A DNA stretch of 64,000 nucleotides from Mustelus asterias (Eukaryota). The DNA is taken from the NCBI RefSeq assembly GCF_964213995.1, contig NC_135825.1, forward strand, positions 24,118,001 to 24,182,000, written 5' to 3'. This document shows, piece by piece, positions 12,180 through 25,735 of the stretch (position 1 is its first letter; every line of letters starts with the position of its first letter). Under the pieces are notes generated by a model. The model had not been told where the DNA came from and searched no databases. It saw only the letters and a program-made list of their open reading frames with translations. A program made the translations under genes and the position numbers.

Positions 12180-12975
12180 AAACATAAGAACATAAGAAAT
12201 AGGAGCAGGAGTAGGCCATCTAGCCCCTCGAGCCTGCCCCGCCATTCAATAAGATCATGGCTGATCTGACGTGGATCAGTACCACTTACCCGCCTGATCC
12301 CCATAACCCTTAATTCCCTTACCGCTCAGGAATCCATCCATCCGCGCTTTAAACATATTCAGCGAGGTAGCCTCCACCACCTCAGTGGGCAGAGAATTCC
12401 AGAGATTCACCACCCTCTGGGAGAAGAAGTTCCTCCTCAACTCTGTCTTAAACCGACCCCCCTTTATTTTGAGGCTGTGTCCTCTAGTTTTAACTTCCTT
12501 ACTAAGTGGAAAGAATCTCTCCGCCTCCACCCTATCCAGCCCCCGCATTATCTTATAAGTCTCCATAAGATCCCCCCTCCTCCTTCTAAACTCCAACGAG
12601 TACAAACCCAATCTCCTCAGCCTCTCCTCGTAATCCAAACCCCTCATCTCCGGTATCAACCTGGTGAACCTTCTCTGCACTCCCTCCAATGCCAATATAT
12701 CCTTCCTCATATAAGGGGACCAATACTGCACACAGTATTCCAGCTGCGGCCTCACCAATGCCCTGTACAGGTGCATCAAGACATCCCTGCTTTTATATTC
12801 TATCCCCCTCGCAATATAGGCCAACATCCCATTTGCCTTCTTGATCACCTGTTGTACCTGCAGACTGGGCTTTTGCGTCTCATGCACAAGGACCCCCAGG
12901 TCCCTTTGCACGGTAGCATGTTTTAATTTGTTTCCATTGAGATAGTAATCCCATTTGTTATTATTTCCTCCAAAG
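12180..12975 (-). mobile_element. Young CR1 LINE, 5'-truncated, uninterrupted ORF2 C-terminus
   Basis: ORF 12276-13004 (QRDLGVLV..LEYCVQYWSPY..WNSLP). Tail (ttcttatg)n. Confidence 0.95.
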
Positions 12976-13065
12976 TGTATCGACATACTAGCAACATGTT
13001 CCATGAAAATCCAGCTATGGAAACAGATGTAAGCATGTGTTTTGTCTGCCTCTCCTTTCTACTGT

Positions 13066-13326
13066 ATCCCAGGCTGCAGTGGGAGGCACGGGAGGAGATT
13101 GCAGCAGCTCTGACAACAGTTTTCAAATCTTCTCTAGCCACAGGAGAGGTGCCAGAGCTAATATGGTACCATTATTCAAGAGGGGAAAAATTGGAAATTA
13201 CAGGCTAATGAGTCTACCTTCAGCGGTAGGGAAACTACTGGAAAAATTCTGAGGGACTGAATTAATCTCCACTTAGGGAGGCGAGGATTAATCAAGAATA
13301 GTCAGCATGGTTTTGTCAAAGGGAAA
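13066..13326 (+). mobile_element. CR1 RT N-terminal fragment
   Basis: YPRLQWEAREEIA..SLATGEVP..NYRLMSL..QHGF. Confidence 0.85.
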
Positions 13327-14390
13327 CAGGCCTTTCGGCCCAACTTGGCCATGCTGCCGAAGTTTTTACCATGAAGCTTGTCCCAATTGTCCCCATTTGG
13401 CCCATATCCCTCTATACCATATAACTGTCTAAATGCTTTTTAAAAGACAAAATTGTATCTGCCTCTACTACTACCTGTGGCAGCTCATTCCAGACACTTA
13501 CAACCCTCTGTGAAATAATTGGCCCACTGGACCCTTTTGTATCTCTCCCCTCTCACCTTAATCCTATGCCCTCTAGTTTTAGACTCCCCTACCTTTGGGA
13601 AAATATGTTGACTATCTAGCTGATCTATGCCCCTCATTATTTTATAGACCTCTATAAGATCACCCCTCAGCCTCCTACTCTCCAGGGAAAAATATCCCAG
13701 TCTATCCAGCCTGTCCTTATAACTCAAACTATCAAGTCCTGGTAGCATCCTAGTAAATCTTTTCTAACTCTTTCTAGTTTAATAATATCCTTTCTATAAT
13801 AGGTTGACCAGAACTGTACATAATATTACAAGCGTGGCCTTACCAATGTCTTGTACAACTTCAACAGGATGTCTAATCTTCTGTATTCAATGTTCTGACC
13901 AATGAAACTAAGCTTGCCAAATGCCTTCTACACCACCCTGTCCACCTGTGACTCCACTTTCTCAGAGCTATGAACCTGTATCCCTAGATCTCTTTGTTCT
14001 ATAACTTTCCCCAAAGCCCTACCATTAACTGAGTAAGCCCTACGTCACCTCGCATTTATCTAAATTAAACTCCATCTGCCATTCATCAGCCCACTGGCCC
14101 AATTGATCAAGATTCTGTTGCAATCCTAGATAACCTTCTTCACTGTCCACTATGCCACCAATCTTGGTGTCATCTGCAAACTTACCAACCATTCCTACTA
14201 AATTCTCATCCAAATCATTAATATAAATGACAAATAACAGTGGACCCAGCACCGATCCCTGAGTCACACCGCTGGTCACAGACCTCCAGTTTGAAAAACA
14301 ACCCTCCACGACCACCCTCTGTCTTCTGTCATCAAGCCAATTTTGTATCCAATTGGCTACCTTGACCTGAATCTCATGAGATTTAACATT
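13327..14390 (-). mobile_element. CR1 LINE fragment (RT through 3'UTR)
   Basis: SGVTQGSVLGPLLFVIYIND, KFADDTK. Same subfamily as 50259-51840. Confidence 0.92.
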
Positions 14391-14450
14391 ACACAACAAT
14401 CTTTGTGCACTCAATATTTCTAAAGCTGCAAATACACATCTTAATATAAA

Positions 14451-15164
14451 AAGAAGTCTCAAAACACCAAGTTAAAGTTCAACAGGTTTATTTGGAATCA
14501 CGAGCTTTCGGAGCACTGCTCCTTCATCAGGTGAGTGGAGCAGTAGGTTTCATAAACACAGCATATATAGACAAAGACAAAATTGCAAGATAAAGGTTGG
14601 AATGCGAGTCTTTACAGGTAATCAAGTCTTTATAAGTACAGACAGTTCGAGTGGAGAGAGGGATAATCACAGGTTAAAGAGGTGTGAATTGTCTCAAGCC
14701 AGGACAGTTAGTAGGATTTTGCAAGCCCAGGCCAAAGTGTGACATGAATCCAAGATCCCGGTAGAGGCCATCCTCATTCCTGTGGAACTTGGCTATCAGT
14801 TTCTGCTCGGCGATTTTGTGTTGTCATGTGTCTTGAAGGCCGCCTTGGAGAACGCTTACCCGAAGGTCGGAGGCTGAATGCCCTTGACTGCTGAAGTGTT
14901 CTCTGACTGGAAGGGAACACTCCTGCCTGGCAATTGTCGCGCGGTGTCCGTTTATCTGTTGCCGTGGCGTCTGCATAGTCTCGCCTCGTGCATGGTACAT
15001 TGGCAAGACCATGCAGACGCTATGATAACGCTACCTCTCCACTCACCTGATGAAGGAGCAGCGCTCCAAAAGTTCATGAGTCCAAATAAACCTGTTAGAC
15101 ATTAACCTGGCATTGTGAGACTTCTTACTGTGCCCACCCCAGTCCAACACCGGCATCTCCACAT
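14451..15164. mobile_element. Penelope-like element with inverted termini and GIY-YIG endonuclease remnant
   Basis: GET.QT.RQ.INGHR..PVREHF on the minus strand. Inverted terminal segments. Fold-back junction near 14968-15021. 14-bp TSD catcttaa(t/c)ataaa at 14437-14450 and 15165-15178. Confidence 0.88.
14498..14534 (-). ncRNA. Minimal type I hammerhead ribozyme motif (Penelope-associated)
   Basis: TCAC-CTGATGA-a-GGAGC-agt-GCTCC-GAA-AGCT-C-GTGA: stem I, catalytic core, stem II, palindromic minimal stem III, UC cleavage site. Confidence 0.8.
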
Positions 15165-15792
15165 CATCTTAACATAAATTTTAATATTGAATTATTTTAT
15201 CCCACACATCAGTAACTTTGGCAGAAGTACAGCAGAAACCCTGTTTACCTGCAAAAATTGGGTAAGCGATGAACAACCACCATCAAACATCAGGATTTTG
15301 AAGAGGGAGAAGTTCCAAAGATATTGGCATTTAGAAGCAATGGATTATGCAAGATTGTAAAAGGGTTTTGTGTCAGGCATTAAGAATCACTCCATTGTTT
15401 AATATTCATTCCGCTTTTCATGACTGTTGATGTAAGGAGTCTCAAAGGACTTTACTTGATGGCATCTGTTCTGGTGTGTGTGCATTCATTCTAATTCCCC
15501 AGCACACTGATCCCTGGAGCACAATCCCAGAACACAGAATTCTCTTTAGGCATAAATTCATTCTTAAAAAGATTCATTCATCCACTAAGGATTGCTTTTC
15601 TTCTTCACAAAACAGTTGTGATTTTTCTGTACACGTTTGCGATTTAGGATTTGTACTGGGTTATAGACAGTTTGTAAAGCCGTTCTCGGGATGTGAACAT
15701 TAACATAGCCAGAATTTATTATCATTTGCTGGTTGCCCCCAGATGCACTTTTTACTTGAACCGCCATAGTGGCCTGTATCTTACGCTCGTCA

Positions 15793-16118
15793 GGCATGGT
15801 GGCACAGTGGTTAGCACTGCTGCCTCACAGCGCCAGGGACCCGGGTTCAATTCCAACCTGAATGAATGTCTGTGTGGGGTTTGCACATTCTCCCTGTGTC
15901 CGCGTGGATTTCTTCGAGGTGCTCTGGTTTCCTTCCACAGTCCAAAGATGTGCAGGTTAGGTGAATTGGCCATGCTAAATTGCCCTTTCGTGTCAGGGGG
16001 ATCAGAAGGGTAAATACATGGGGTTATGGAGATTAGGCATGGGTGGGATTGTTGTCAGTGCAGGTTCGATGGGCTGAATGGCCTCCTTCAGCACTGTAGG
16101 GATTCTATGATTCTATGA
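15793..16118 (+). mobile_element. HE1-type V-SINE
   Basis: Full head, V-domain and gattctat tail. Further copies at about 17507-17850(+), 18590-18865(-), 19264-19606(-), 23184-23472(-), 44460-44803(+), 54700-54915(+), 59823-60140(+), 60652-60945(-). Confidence 0.92.
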
Positions 16119-18239
16119 TATGTACACAAGTGGACCCCAGCCACTATTTCATGCTGGCTGGCCAATTTATCGACAGCCAGCGTTAAATGTGTACTGAGAA
16201 AGGCTCAGCACTGCTCGGGGGGATGGTGGCAGGACGTATGATGGTGCTGAGTGAAGTGAGATTGAGGGTGGGCATTTCCAGAGAGCTTCTTGAAGGCTGA
16301 CAGCTGCTGTGAAGCTGCCTGCGGCAGCTGCAGTGCTGTATAAATGAAATGAACTCAAAGAAAGTCTGTAAACTGTGTCTACACTGCAAACTCAAGCACC
16401 TGACAGCAGACCTCATAGCACCTCAGCCTTCAAATTTCCTCTTTTATGTTACATCACCCCACACCTTTTATCCCACACTGGAACATACTTGCTGCAAAAT
16501 CGTAAAGCCCACCTGGTCGATTGGCCTGTACGGCAACCATAAAAGTGGACAGTCTACATAAAATCGCCACCAATTGTCCACTTAATTGTAGGCTTCAGAC
16601 TCCCGCTTGCGGCTGCTGACCTTAATGTTGTGCATCAGCACAATGATGCGCACTCAATATTTCCTCAGGTAATTACACACACTTCCAGGTCTGGCACGCG
16701 GCCATTCAATCAACAATCAAAATTCTGGTCTGTGATTTTGATACAACCAAAAGACTTGCCTGGTCACTTCAAAGAGTGGTTAAGTGGTCAACCACATTGA
16801 CTTAGAACTAGTTACATATAGGCAATAAAGAATGTTAAGGTGTGAATTGATTGAAGTTATCAGGATTTTGACAAGAATCGATGAGGTGGATGAAGATTTT
16901 TATTTCCTCGTCACTCCTGGAGTCTGGGATAAGGGGACATAATGTTAAAAAGTCAGAACCCAGCCACTCAGAAGAGGGGTTTTCAGCCAAAAGCTGTTAG
17001 AAGTGTGGATCGCCGTCCCACAAGAAGCAGGAGATGCTTGCTTAATTAATCATTTTAAATCTGAAATTAACACAGAAATCTGAGTTTGTAGATTACTCAA
17101 GAAAACCTTATCGCCAGAGCTCTAAAATTCAAATTCTCAAACTGCCAAACTGAGATTTGAACTCATGTTGACGAGTTTAATATTCAGGGCCTCTCGATTC
17201 CTGGCTAGTCCAGTAACACAGCTACTATTCTACTGTACCAATCTGATTAATTTGCATAGAAACAAAAAGAACAAAGAAGAAAGAAAATTACAGCACAGGA
17301 ACAGGCCCTTCGGCCCTCCAAGCCTGCACCGACCATGCTGCCCGTCTGAACTAAGACCCCGGGAACCATATCCCTCTATTCCCATCCTATTCATGTATTT
17401 GATTACTTGTTTTATTTACTTTTGTTGAGATTGCAAAACTAAGATGTAATCTCTGTTCAACTATGAACTATCATCTGGATTATCTTACTTGTATCAAGAA
17501 AACATGGGTGCCATGATGGCACAGTGGTTAGCACTGCTGCCTCACAGTGCCAGAGACTTGGGTTTGATTCCAGCCTTGGATGCCTGTCTGTGCAGAGTTT
17601 GCACATTCTCCCAGTGTTCGTGTGGTTTCCTCTGGGTGCTCAGGTATCCTCCCACAGTCCAAAGATATGCAGGTTAGGTGGATTTGTCTTGCTAAATTGC
17701 CCTTAGTGTCCCAAGATGTGTAGGTTAGGGGGATTAGTGGGATAAATATGTGGGGTTACAGGGATAGGGCCTGGTTAAGATGTTCTGTCGGAGAATCGGT
17801 GCAGACTCGAGGGGCCAAATGACCTCCTTCTGCACTGTGGAGTTTCCGTGAAGGACAGGCCTTCACTTTAGCCATTCACATTAAACAATGCACCAGCACA
17901 AAACAATCTGAACCAAGTGTTTGTTCAATCGCAGTATCCTTTATTACAAATGTGAAGAGTTCTCTTCATTTTTTCTTGCCAAGAAATAGCCACTCAGCCA
18001 AACTGGAATGGTTGCATTTGGAAATTTATAAGCAATTTATTTTTAAAAACACCAAGAATAAAAAAGAATATTCAGAAATGGTATTACCACCAACGGGGCT
18101 TCTGGAACAATGTGCACAAGTGGAACACGCTGGTGAAATGCTTCAGCAAAAACTTTTATTGGTAAGAACCAGTAACACATTGATCACATTTTTAACAAAT
18201 CATGACAATGAACTTATAAAATTATAGTGACAGATTTTG

Positions 18240-19250
18240 GGTCCCCCGATGCAGGTGAACATGGAGATACCGATTGTGGATGGTCCATTTGGATCATTGC
18301 ACGGCTCTTTGTAGCTGCATCAGCCTTTGTTCTAGTGCACTACCAATACCAAGGGTACTTTCTGCCACATGCCTTGTAGAATTGATGAAAAGCTGGGAAA
18401 TTCCTTGGTGCAGCCCACACCTGCCACAGCTCTTGCTTGGTTTGGGTGGTCTGGTGAGTGAGTCAACAATTGAGGTTGTTTTTGATACCTGTAAACTTTG
18501 TCAACCTGCGAGGATTGCTTTATACTCATATCCGTCCTTGACTGGATCTTTGATGCTATAATTTTGGGCTTGTCCAGCAGATCTTTCTGGAATCACAGAA
18601 TCCCTACAGTACAGGAGGAGGCCATTCGGCCCATCGAGTCTGTACTAACCACTATCCCACCCAGGCCCTATTCCTGTAACCACACACTAGGGCCAATTTA
18701 GCGTGACCAGTCAACCTAACCTGCACATCTTTGGATTGTGGGAGGAAACTGGAGCACCTGGAGGAAACCCACGCAGACACAGGAGGGAAAGTGCAAACTT
18801 CACACAGGCAGTGACCGAGGCCAGAATTGAACCTGAGTCCCTAGTGCTGTGGGGCAGCAGTGCTATTCCATAGGGTTGGATGTAATCACCAACTCAACAA
18901 TTCTGTCTGCTAGCTAACTGCATTTGAAAAATCACACCGCCTTTTTTCTGCATCTGCTGATGAAGTGATCTATGGATGCTGTAGCCTGTTGTCAAAATGA
19001 CATGAACACTAACCTATGAATGTGGAAGTTTAACCTGATCCTGAACCAACCTTCCAGTGCGGTCCATATCTTTTGGGGATCCTTTGGTTCTTCTACTGTT
19101 ATTCCTGACATGTTCAGGAGTGTGTACGTTCATTCCCAATTGCTATGTGAATTTTTATGGTTTTCTTGTCCAGTTCAGATGCACCTAAATTGTACACTGT
19201 TTAAACATTTTGAATTTGGATAGTAATGTCAGCTGCATCCCAATTCAAAA
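18240..19250 (-). mobile_element. Degenerate Gypsy gag, interrupted by an HE1 SINE
   Basis: Frameshifted segments KDPQKIWTALE, LNFHIHRL, SIDHFISRCRKK, ADRIVELVI, QKDLLDKPK, SCGRCGL. Confidence 0.65.
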
Positions 19251-19609
19251 TGGGGAATTTTCAATAGAATCCCTACAGTGCAGAAGGAGGCCATTCGGCC
19301 CATCAAGTCTGCACCGACTCCCTGAAAGAGCATCTTACTGAAACCAACCCCTGCCCTATTCCTTAACCTTGTACATTTACCATGCCTACTCCACCTAACC
19401 GACACATCTTTTGGTCACTAAGGAGCAAGTTAGCATGGCCAATCCACCTAACCTACACATCTTTGCACTATGGTAGGAAACAGGAGCACCCAGAGGAAAC
19501 CCACACAGACCCAGGGAGAAGGTACAAACTCCACCCAAACAGTTACCCGAGGCTGGAATTGAACCTGGGTCCCTGGCGCTGTGAGTCAGCAGTGCTAACC
19601 GTTGCACGT

Positions 19610-20060
19610 TCTGACAATATCCCTTTGATCTTCTTCCTTCTGTAGCAACTTTCATGCACTTTTCGAAGCTCCACCCACAAAGAAGAATTGTGGTGGGAAC
19701 GTACCACAGAATAATGTCGTCTTTGCTTTTCATTCAATTTATTGTTCAGCAACTCCTGAAGCCACCAATTCCCACCCATTATAATCACAGCCTTCTCCGT
19801 CCCGATTTTCTGACTTATGTTCCCCTTGACTCTCCTGTGCTCACTATTGAGCTGGCCCACAGGTTGTCCATCTTTCCCGACTGAGATAACATGTTGTTGG
19901 TCCTTTTGATGTGTTATTCCACTCATGGAGCTGACAGACTATATTCTGCAATCTCACCACCAGGGATCCATCTGCTTACCAGCTCTTTACTCGAGCACTA
20001 GCTCGGCACTTTGGCTCCAAAGCTTTTCTTCACAGTCACCATTGCGGCATTTTCAACATT
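19610..20060 (-). mobile_element. Possible ancient I/Nimb-clade LINE ORF1 remnant
   Basis: Scattered motifs DGSLVV, VKGNIS and WYVPTTILLC resemble Nimb ORF1. Heavily decayed. Confidence 0.3.
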
Positions 20061-21509
20061 CTCCAATGCTGTGACATTGTTTGCATTATGACCAAAATAT
20101 CAAAGGTCTCCACATGACGTGTCGCACGATCTAAAGCTGTTCACCATATTGTATCTATATTCAATCTTATTGCTCCCCAGCTTACCACCACTGACCACCA
20201 TGTCATTTTTTTAATGATGTAAGTCATTGAGCTTATTTGCTGTGCAAGACACAAGGCACCAATCACTTATAATGGATTGGGTAAACATGTTGTGGGTTCA
20301 CTTATTAAAACTTAGTACATGAGAACAGTTCCATATAGATATTAGATATCAGACTGGTGTACCTGTGCTCTGCTCAAAGCAAAAGTGGAATTAAGACTTC
20401 TTCGCATGGCACATTTCCCTTCCAGTGATGTCATGCTGACATTTCTTAAAGGTATATTACAACACTATTACCCCTCCAGCTTCAAGGCTGCCATCCTTAC
20501 TTGGACAGAGAGCCCACCCTCCAGTCACAATTGGCCAATTTGGGGGAGGTCACTGCTAGGTGACTGTTGCCCCCAAAGTGCAAGATTCTGACCCCCACTT
20601 AACACTGACATTGGGCTCCTGAAGCCTGCAGAGAATATCCTGCCCATAGGTTCAGGGAACAGCACAGTACCAAAGGGCTTCAGCCCAATGAGTCTGCAAT
20701 GTTTCTTTTGACGAGCAATCCACTTAGTCCTATTCATTTCAGCTTTCCAGCATCGAGAGTATTTCACCCTTGTCTCGCTCCCTGCTCTTTCTCTATATCC
20801 CTCCATTTTCTTCAACTTTAACTTATTATCCAATTCCTTTTGAAGATGAGTAGTGAATCTACCACCACCAGCGTACCAGACAGTGCATTTCAAATCTTAA
20901 TCATCCTTTGCATAAAGAAAACGTTGTGTCGCCTCTGGCTGTCTTTCTAATTACCTTCAATCTGTTCTCTCTGGATATGCACTCCCCACCCCCCCACCAC
21001 CCCCCCTCCCTCCGCCATCACCACCAGTCATTGAAACCAGTTTTTCTTTATTTACTCAACTAAACTGTTTATGATTTGAAACACTAATAATATAACCTTA
21101 CAACCTTCTTTTGATAGAGTCTTCATTCCAGTCTTGTGCAGCATAAATAACGTGGCTGTAAATCAGTGCACATTATGTGTGATTTGCTATGTTATGGTGT
21201 TGCAGTTTAACATTAGGTACCTTGGCTAGTTCAGTGCTCTGTGCACAAGATTTGAATGGAAATTGAGTTCTGAGATCAATTAAAATGTAATGGAAAATAG
21301 CTCTAAGGAAATCTTATTTTACTCAAATTGCAGTACATAATTTAGGGCTTATAAATGCAGGATTCATGTGGCAGATGTCCGCATATATTAAAAAATTAAG
21401 AAGCTGTAAATGATCCAAATACGTACCTATGATACTGTCACACCGAAGACTGTCTGTGGTGAGAAGGCAAAGAGGTACTGGGTGAAATTAGATAAAGGTT
21501 TGAGGTCTG

Positions 21510-21910
21510 GCACCACACCTACAAACATTCAATCCCTCCACCACCGACCTCAGTGGCAGCAGTGTGTACTATCTACAAGATGCACTGCAGCAATTCACCA
21601 AAGGCCCTTAGACAGCACCTTCCAAACCCATGACCACTTCCGTCAAGAAGGACAAGGGCAACAGATACATGGGAACACCACCACCTGCAAGTTCCCCTTC
21701 AAGCCACTCACCATCCTAACTTGGAAATATATTGCCATTCCTTCGCAGTCGCTGGGTCAAAATCCTGGAATTCCCTCCCTAACGGCATTGTGGATCAACC
21801 CACAGCACATGGACTGCAGCGATTCAAGAAGGCAGCTCACCACCACCTTCTCAAGGGCAGCTAAGGATGGGCAATAAATGCTGGCGCCCATGTCCCACGT
21901 ATGAATTTTT
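21510..21910 (+). mobile_element. 3' end of a CR1-group LINE of a second lineage
   Basis: NIQSLHHR.SVAAV..SKSWNSLP..FKKAAHHHLLKG, then a short 3'UTR. Confidence 0.8.
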
Positions 21911-22221
21911 AAAAATCGAAAGAAGTTATTTGACTCATAAAACTATTTTTTAAATGTAGTTCTTATATTATATCAATTTGATAAAAAATAATACAGATAT
22001 AATATTTTTCTTTTCATTAGAAGTTAGTCAGAGCTCATCTGGAATAATGACCAATCTTCCAAGCAGTGGCAATTCCAGAGTGTCATTCCACTCCTACCTT
22101 TCTCTGCCACGCCACTGTTCCGCATTTATGACTGGGACATCCAATCCTGGCTTCTCTAAAAATGAGGAGTCTACACTTCCAAAAGGAACTTAATTGTAAC
22201 ACTGGAGCATTGAGTGAAGAC

Positions 22222-23100
22222 ATGCCAGATTCACTCTTTAGGGCACTAGCTGGCCTATTTTGTAAGTAAAGATCTTAAATGTTACCAAGTGGAAGTATTT
22301 ATTAATCTGCCCATCCTCTTTGCTTCTGTTCATATTGGTTGTTCTGATCGTAAGTCGCTGACAGTAGATGTGATCCTATCTGATATGAGCTTTGTGAATC
22401 TGATGCTTGTACTTACTCGTGGTGGTGCACAAACCCTCACTACTCCTGAATTGAAAAATATGTTGGATGATAGGCTGCAGAATTGTAATCTACACTTACA
22501 GAATAGCGTATGTGTTAAATATGTTTTATGGACACTATAACTTCTAAATGTGCAATATAACTTTGGGCTCCCTTTGATGCTGTCTGGACTTTGAAAATGA
22601 CAATTTACATTGCTGGACCCACCTACATTTCATTGAGCCACACAGATACAGTCAGCAGTGAAAAGAAATCCAGAGTTTGGGGGAAACCAGAAAACTGCGG
22701 CTGAAAACAGAGCTTCTGAGGGACAAAAATAGAAAATGCTGGAAAATTTCAGCAAGTCTGACAGCATCTGTGGAGAGAGGATAAAGCCAGCGTTTCGAGT
22801 CTGGATGACCCTTTGTTCGAAACATTGGCTCTATTCTCTCTCCACAGATGCTGTCAGACCTGCTGAGGTTTTCCAGCATTTTCTGTTTTTGTTTCAGATT
22901 CCAGCATCTGCAGTATTTTGTCCAAAGCTTCTAAGGGTGTTGTCTCCTCAGTCGCATTGGATATTTCCGTTGTAATCAATCGGAGTACTTGGATTTACGT
23001 GCTGATTTTTCCTGATTGCAGGTTTGTAGGTTTCTTTCTCCCATTGCAATGCCCCGTTCACCCATTATTCATCATTTCATCCAGTAAAATGAATGCACTA
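22222..23100 (+). pseudogene. ora1: ORA1/V1R-type vomeronasal receptor pseudogene
   Basis: Collinear segments across frameshifts: INLPILFASVHIGCSDRKSLTVDVILSDMSFVNLMLVLTRGGAQTLTT..KNMLDD / GCRIVIYTYRIA / PFDAVWTLKMTIYIAGP / HRYSQQ*K..AAENRAS / KGVVSSVAL..INRSTWIYVL..HPLFIISSSK. These follow teleost ORA1 motifs as recalled (TRGVPQT, GCKVVIYTYRIA, FAALW..NMAVCIAAP, ETRAA, IWIYML, SPFLIISSN). Stops, deletions and an insertion are present. Confidence 0.85.
22723..22920. mobile_element. Fold-back element (probably Penelope-derived) inserted in the ORA1 pseudogene
   Basis: ~76-bp inverted arms (about 22723-22798 and 22817-22893). TSD agcttct(g/a)aggg at 22711-22722 and 22926-22937. Related pieces near 2520, 35170 and 40780. 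Confidence 0.75.
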
Positions 23101-25005
23101 CACAAGAGAAAGAGACTTGCTATCCAACCACAGAAATTTCACACAGGCATGAATATATTGCTGAATGGTCGCATCCCAGATAAAATCATAGAATCCCTAC
23201 AGTGCAGAAGGAGGCCATTTGGCCCATCGAGTCTGCACCGACCACAATCCCACCCAGGCCCTATTCCCGTAACCCCACATATTTACCCTGCTAATCCCCT
23301 GACACTAGGGTCAATTTAGCATGGCCAATCAACCTAACCTGCACATCTTTGGAGTGTGGGAGGAAACCAGAGCAGGCATGGGGAGAATGTGCAAACTCCA
23401 GTGACCCAAGGCCGGAATTGAACCCGTGTCGCTGGCGCTGTGAGGCAGCAGTGCTAACCATTGTGTCACCCCACAGTGCCTCAATCTATCTGAGATTTTC
23501 TGAGTATGGGATTGGCAGCCAGAAATTCATACTGTGGGGTTTTCCGGCCCTTTCTGCCAGTGGGACTTTTCTGCCCCATCAAAGGGAATCCTCAACGATG
23601 GGTTCCCCAATGGCAGAGCAGGCAAGCCGGACAAAACACCATGGATCTCGGCTGGGCTAGTCGATCCCGCCAGAAGCCAATAGTGTGATGAAATCTAAAT
23701 AAACCACAGTCCTAGTCAGAAACTAGAGAAGCAGCTTCTATTCTCCTCTATATCAACATGGGGGCAGGAGTAAGCTATTCAGCTTTTTGTGCCGTTCGGT
23801 TAGATCTGTACCTCAACTTGATCCAGAATGGGGAATGTGGCATTGTGGCCTTCCAGCAGAGAAGATTAAGAGGAGATTTGATAGATGTGTTTAAAAATCA
23901 GCAAGGGTTTAAATAGAGAAACTATTTCTTGTGGCTGATATCTCAAAGACAAAGGGGCACAGGTGACTTGCAAAAGAGGTGAAGCATGTTTTAGACAATG
24001 AGCAGGTAGGATTTAGCTTGCACTGCTGGGCAAGCTTATCCTGTTTCCTTGTGTTATTATGTCATCCTTCGAAAAGGATTTGAAAATGTAAGTTCTTAAA
24101 GGAGAAATTTCCTCAAAGTGAGTTATGTTAGAGGTGGGTATATAGAATTGCTTTTCACTGTGCATAATCCCCAGCTCTGCACTGCTCATGTTGGCACTGT
24201 TACACAGGTCCAGTTTAAAATCAATCCAGCCACTCAGTCAGTCATATTCCAATTCAGTTTTGGAAATTGTACTCAGTGGGGATCACCTTATGATTATCTC
24301 CTCTCAACTCAGAGTCTCAGAACATGAAACAAAAATTCAGCTGCATGTTTCTGAACCTACGTGTTCCAGGCAGGGCTTCACAAGGTAGAAATTCATGTAC
24401 AGAAGAGGCCATTCAGGTAATCATGTCTCTGCTAGCTCTTGGCAAGAGTAATCTAAAACCAATCTGCTGCAGGAATTCTGGAATTCAGTCAGAAGGTGGT
24501 GACCGATGGAGGGTCATTGTCTGAGGTTGGTGAGTTGTTTTCCCCAGAACAAGGTCGTTGAAAGGTTAACCCTACTTTCCCTTCTCCGTCAATGCTGCTT
24601 GACCTAAAAAGTTAAAGTTAAAGTTTATTTATTAGTCACAAGTAGGCTTACATTAACACTGCAATGAAGTTACTGTGAAATTCCCCTAGTCGCTACAGTC
24701 CGGCGCCTGTTCAGGTACACTGAGCAGGAACTTATCATGACCAATTCACCTAACCTGCACGTCTTTGGACTGACCTTCTGATTGTTCCCAGCAATTCCTG
24801 TTTTAGTTTAAAACTCTCTGTGACTTTATCTGCTTCAAATATTTGTACAACTTTCCCTTAAAAGATACAGCAGTGTTTTCTTCAGTGTAAAGCTGTCTAT
24901 ACTCCAACAGACCAATTATTAAGACATTTCTCCTCACTTCTCTTCAAGACCTAAATAGCAATTTTATATGATGATCTCTTTTCACTGCTTATTCAATTAA
25001 AACAC

Positions 25006-25272
25006 TGAAATAACCTCCAGGATTTACATGAGGAATTCTTGATTGACCTCCCAATGGAACTCATAGAATACGAATTCCATGGTGATTGGTAATTACCTTA
25101 CTAAGAGGAACTTGTATCCCGAATCCTTTATAAAGCAGGCCCCCGAGTGGATCCATTGTTATATCATCCTGGTTGGGGCTGTATGCGTTCCCCACAGGCT
25201 TGTGGTTTTGTTTTAATTCTACTTTGTGCAATAAAGCACCGTTCCTTTACAACTGACTCCTGAGTTATTACA
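25006..25272 (+). mobile_element. Probable solo LTR
   Basis: tgaaataac...gttattaca inverted termini, TATAAA then AATAAA. No clean TSD. Confidence 0.5.
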
Positions 25273-25735
25273 CTCTTTGTAAGTTTGAAAATGTGCATCA
25301 AATCTCCCCTCAACCTCCCTAGAGTAGAAATAATCTTAGTGTCTCAAGTATTTCCTTATAATTGTTGTTGAATGTACTAGGTTGGGATTATGACAAGGAA
25401 GAGTTGTATCTGTATCAGGGCATCAACTTAAAACTTATTTATTTACACTATTTCCATTACGTACCTAGTGAGTTACAGGGAATGCACAGCTCCCCTCGTG
25501 GATACCTGTTTGCTTCCCACAGCACCCAGCACATCACTGCCTGATTCATCACCACATCATGTGCCCCATTCTGTTAAACCGTTATACTACACCTCCCTCC
25601 AACGCTGTCTCTCCCCTCCCCCCGCCCCCGCCCCCACCCCCCCCACCCCCCCCCCCCCACCCCACCCTACCCCACCCCACCCCACACACACACCAATGTA
25701 GATTTAGCTTCTTTGTAAGAACAAAATGAAACTAA

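Noticed and set aside
17870-18230. Possible ORA2 partner on the minus strand (SVFH and NKGYC-like words)
   Set aside because: Too few scattered matches. Needs a profile search.
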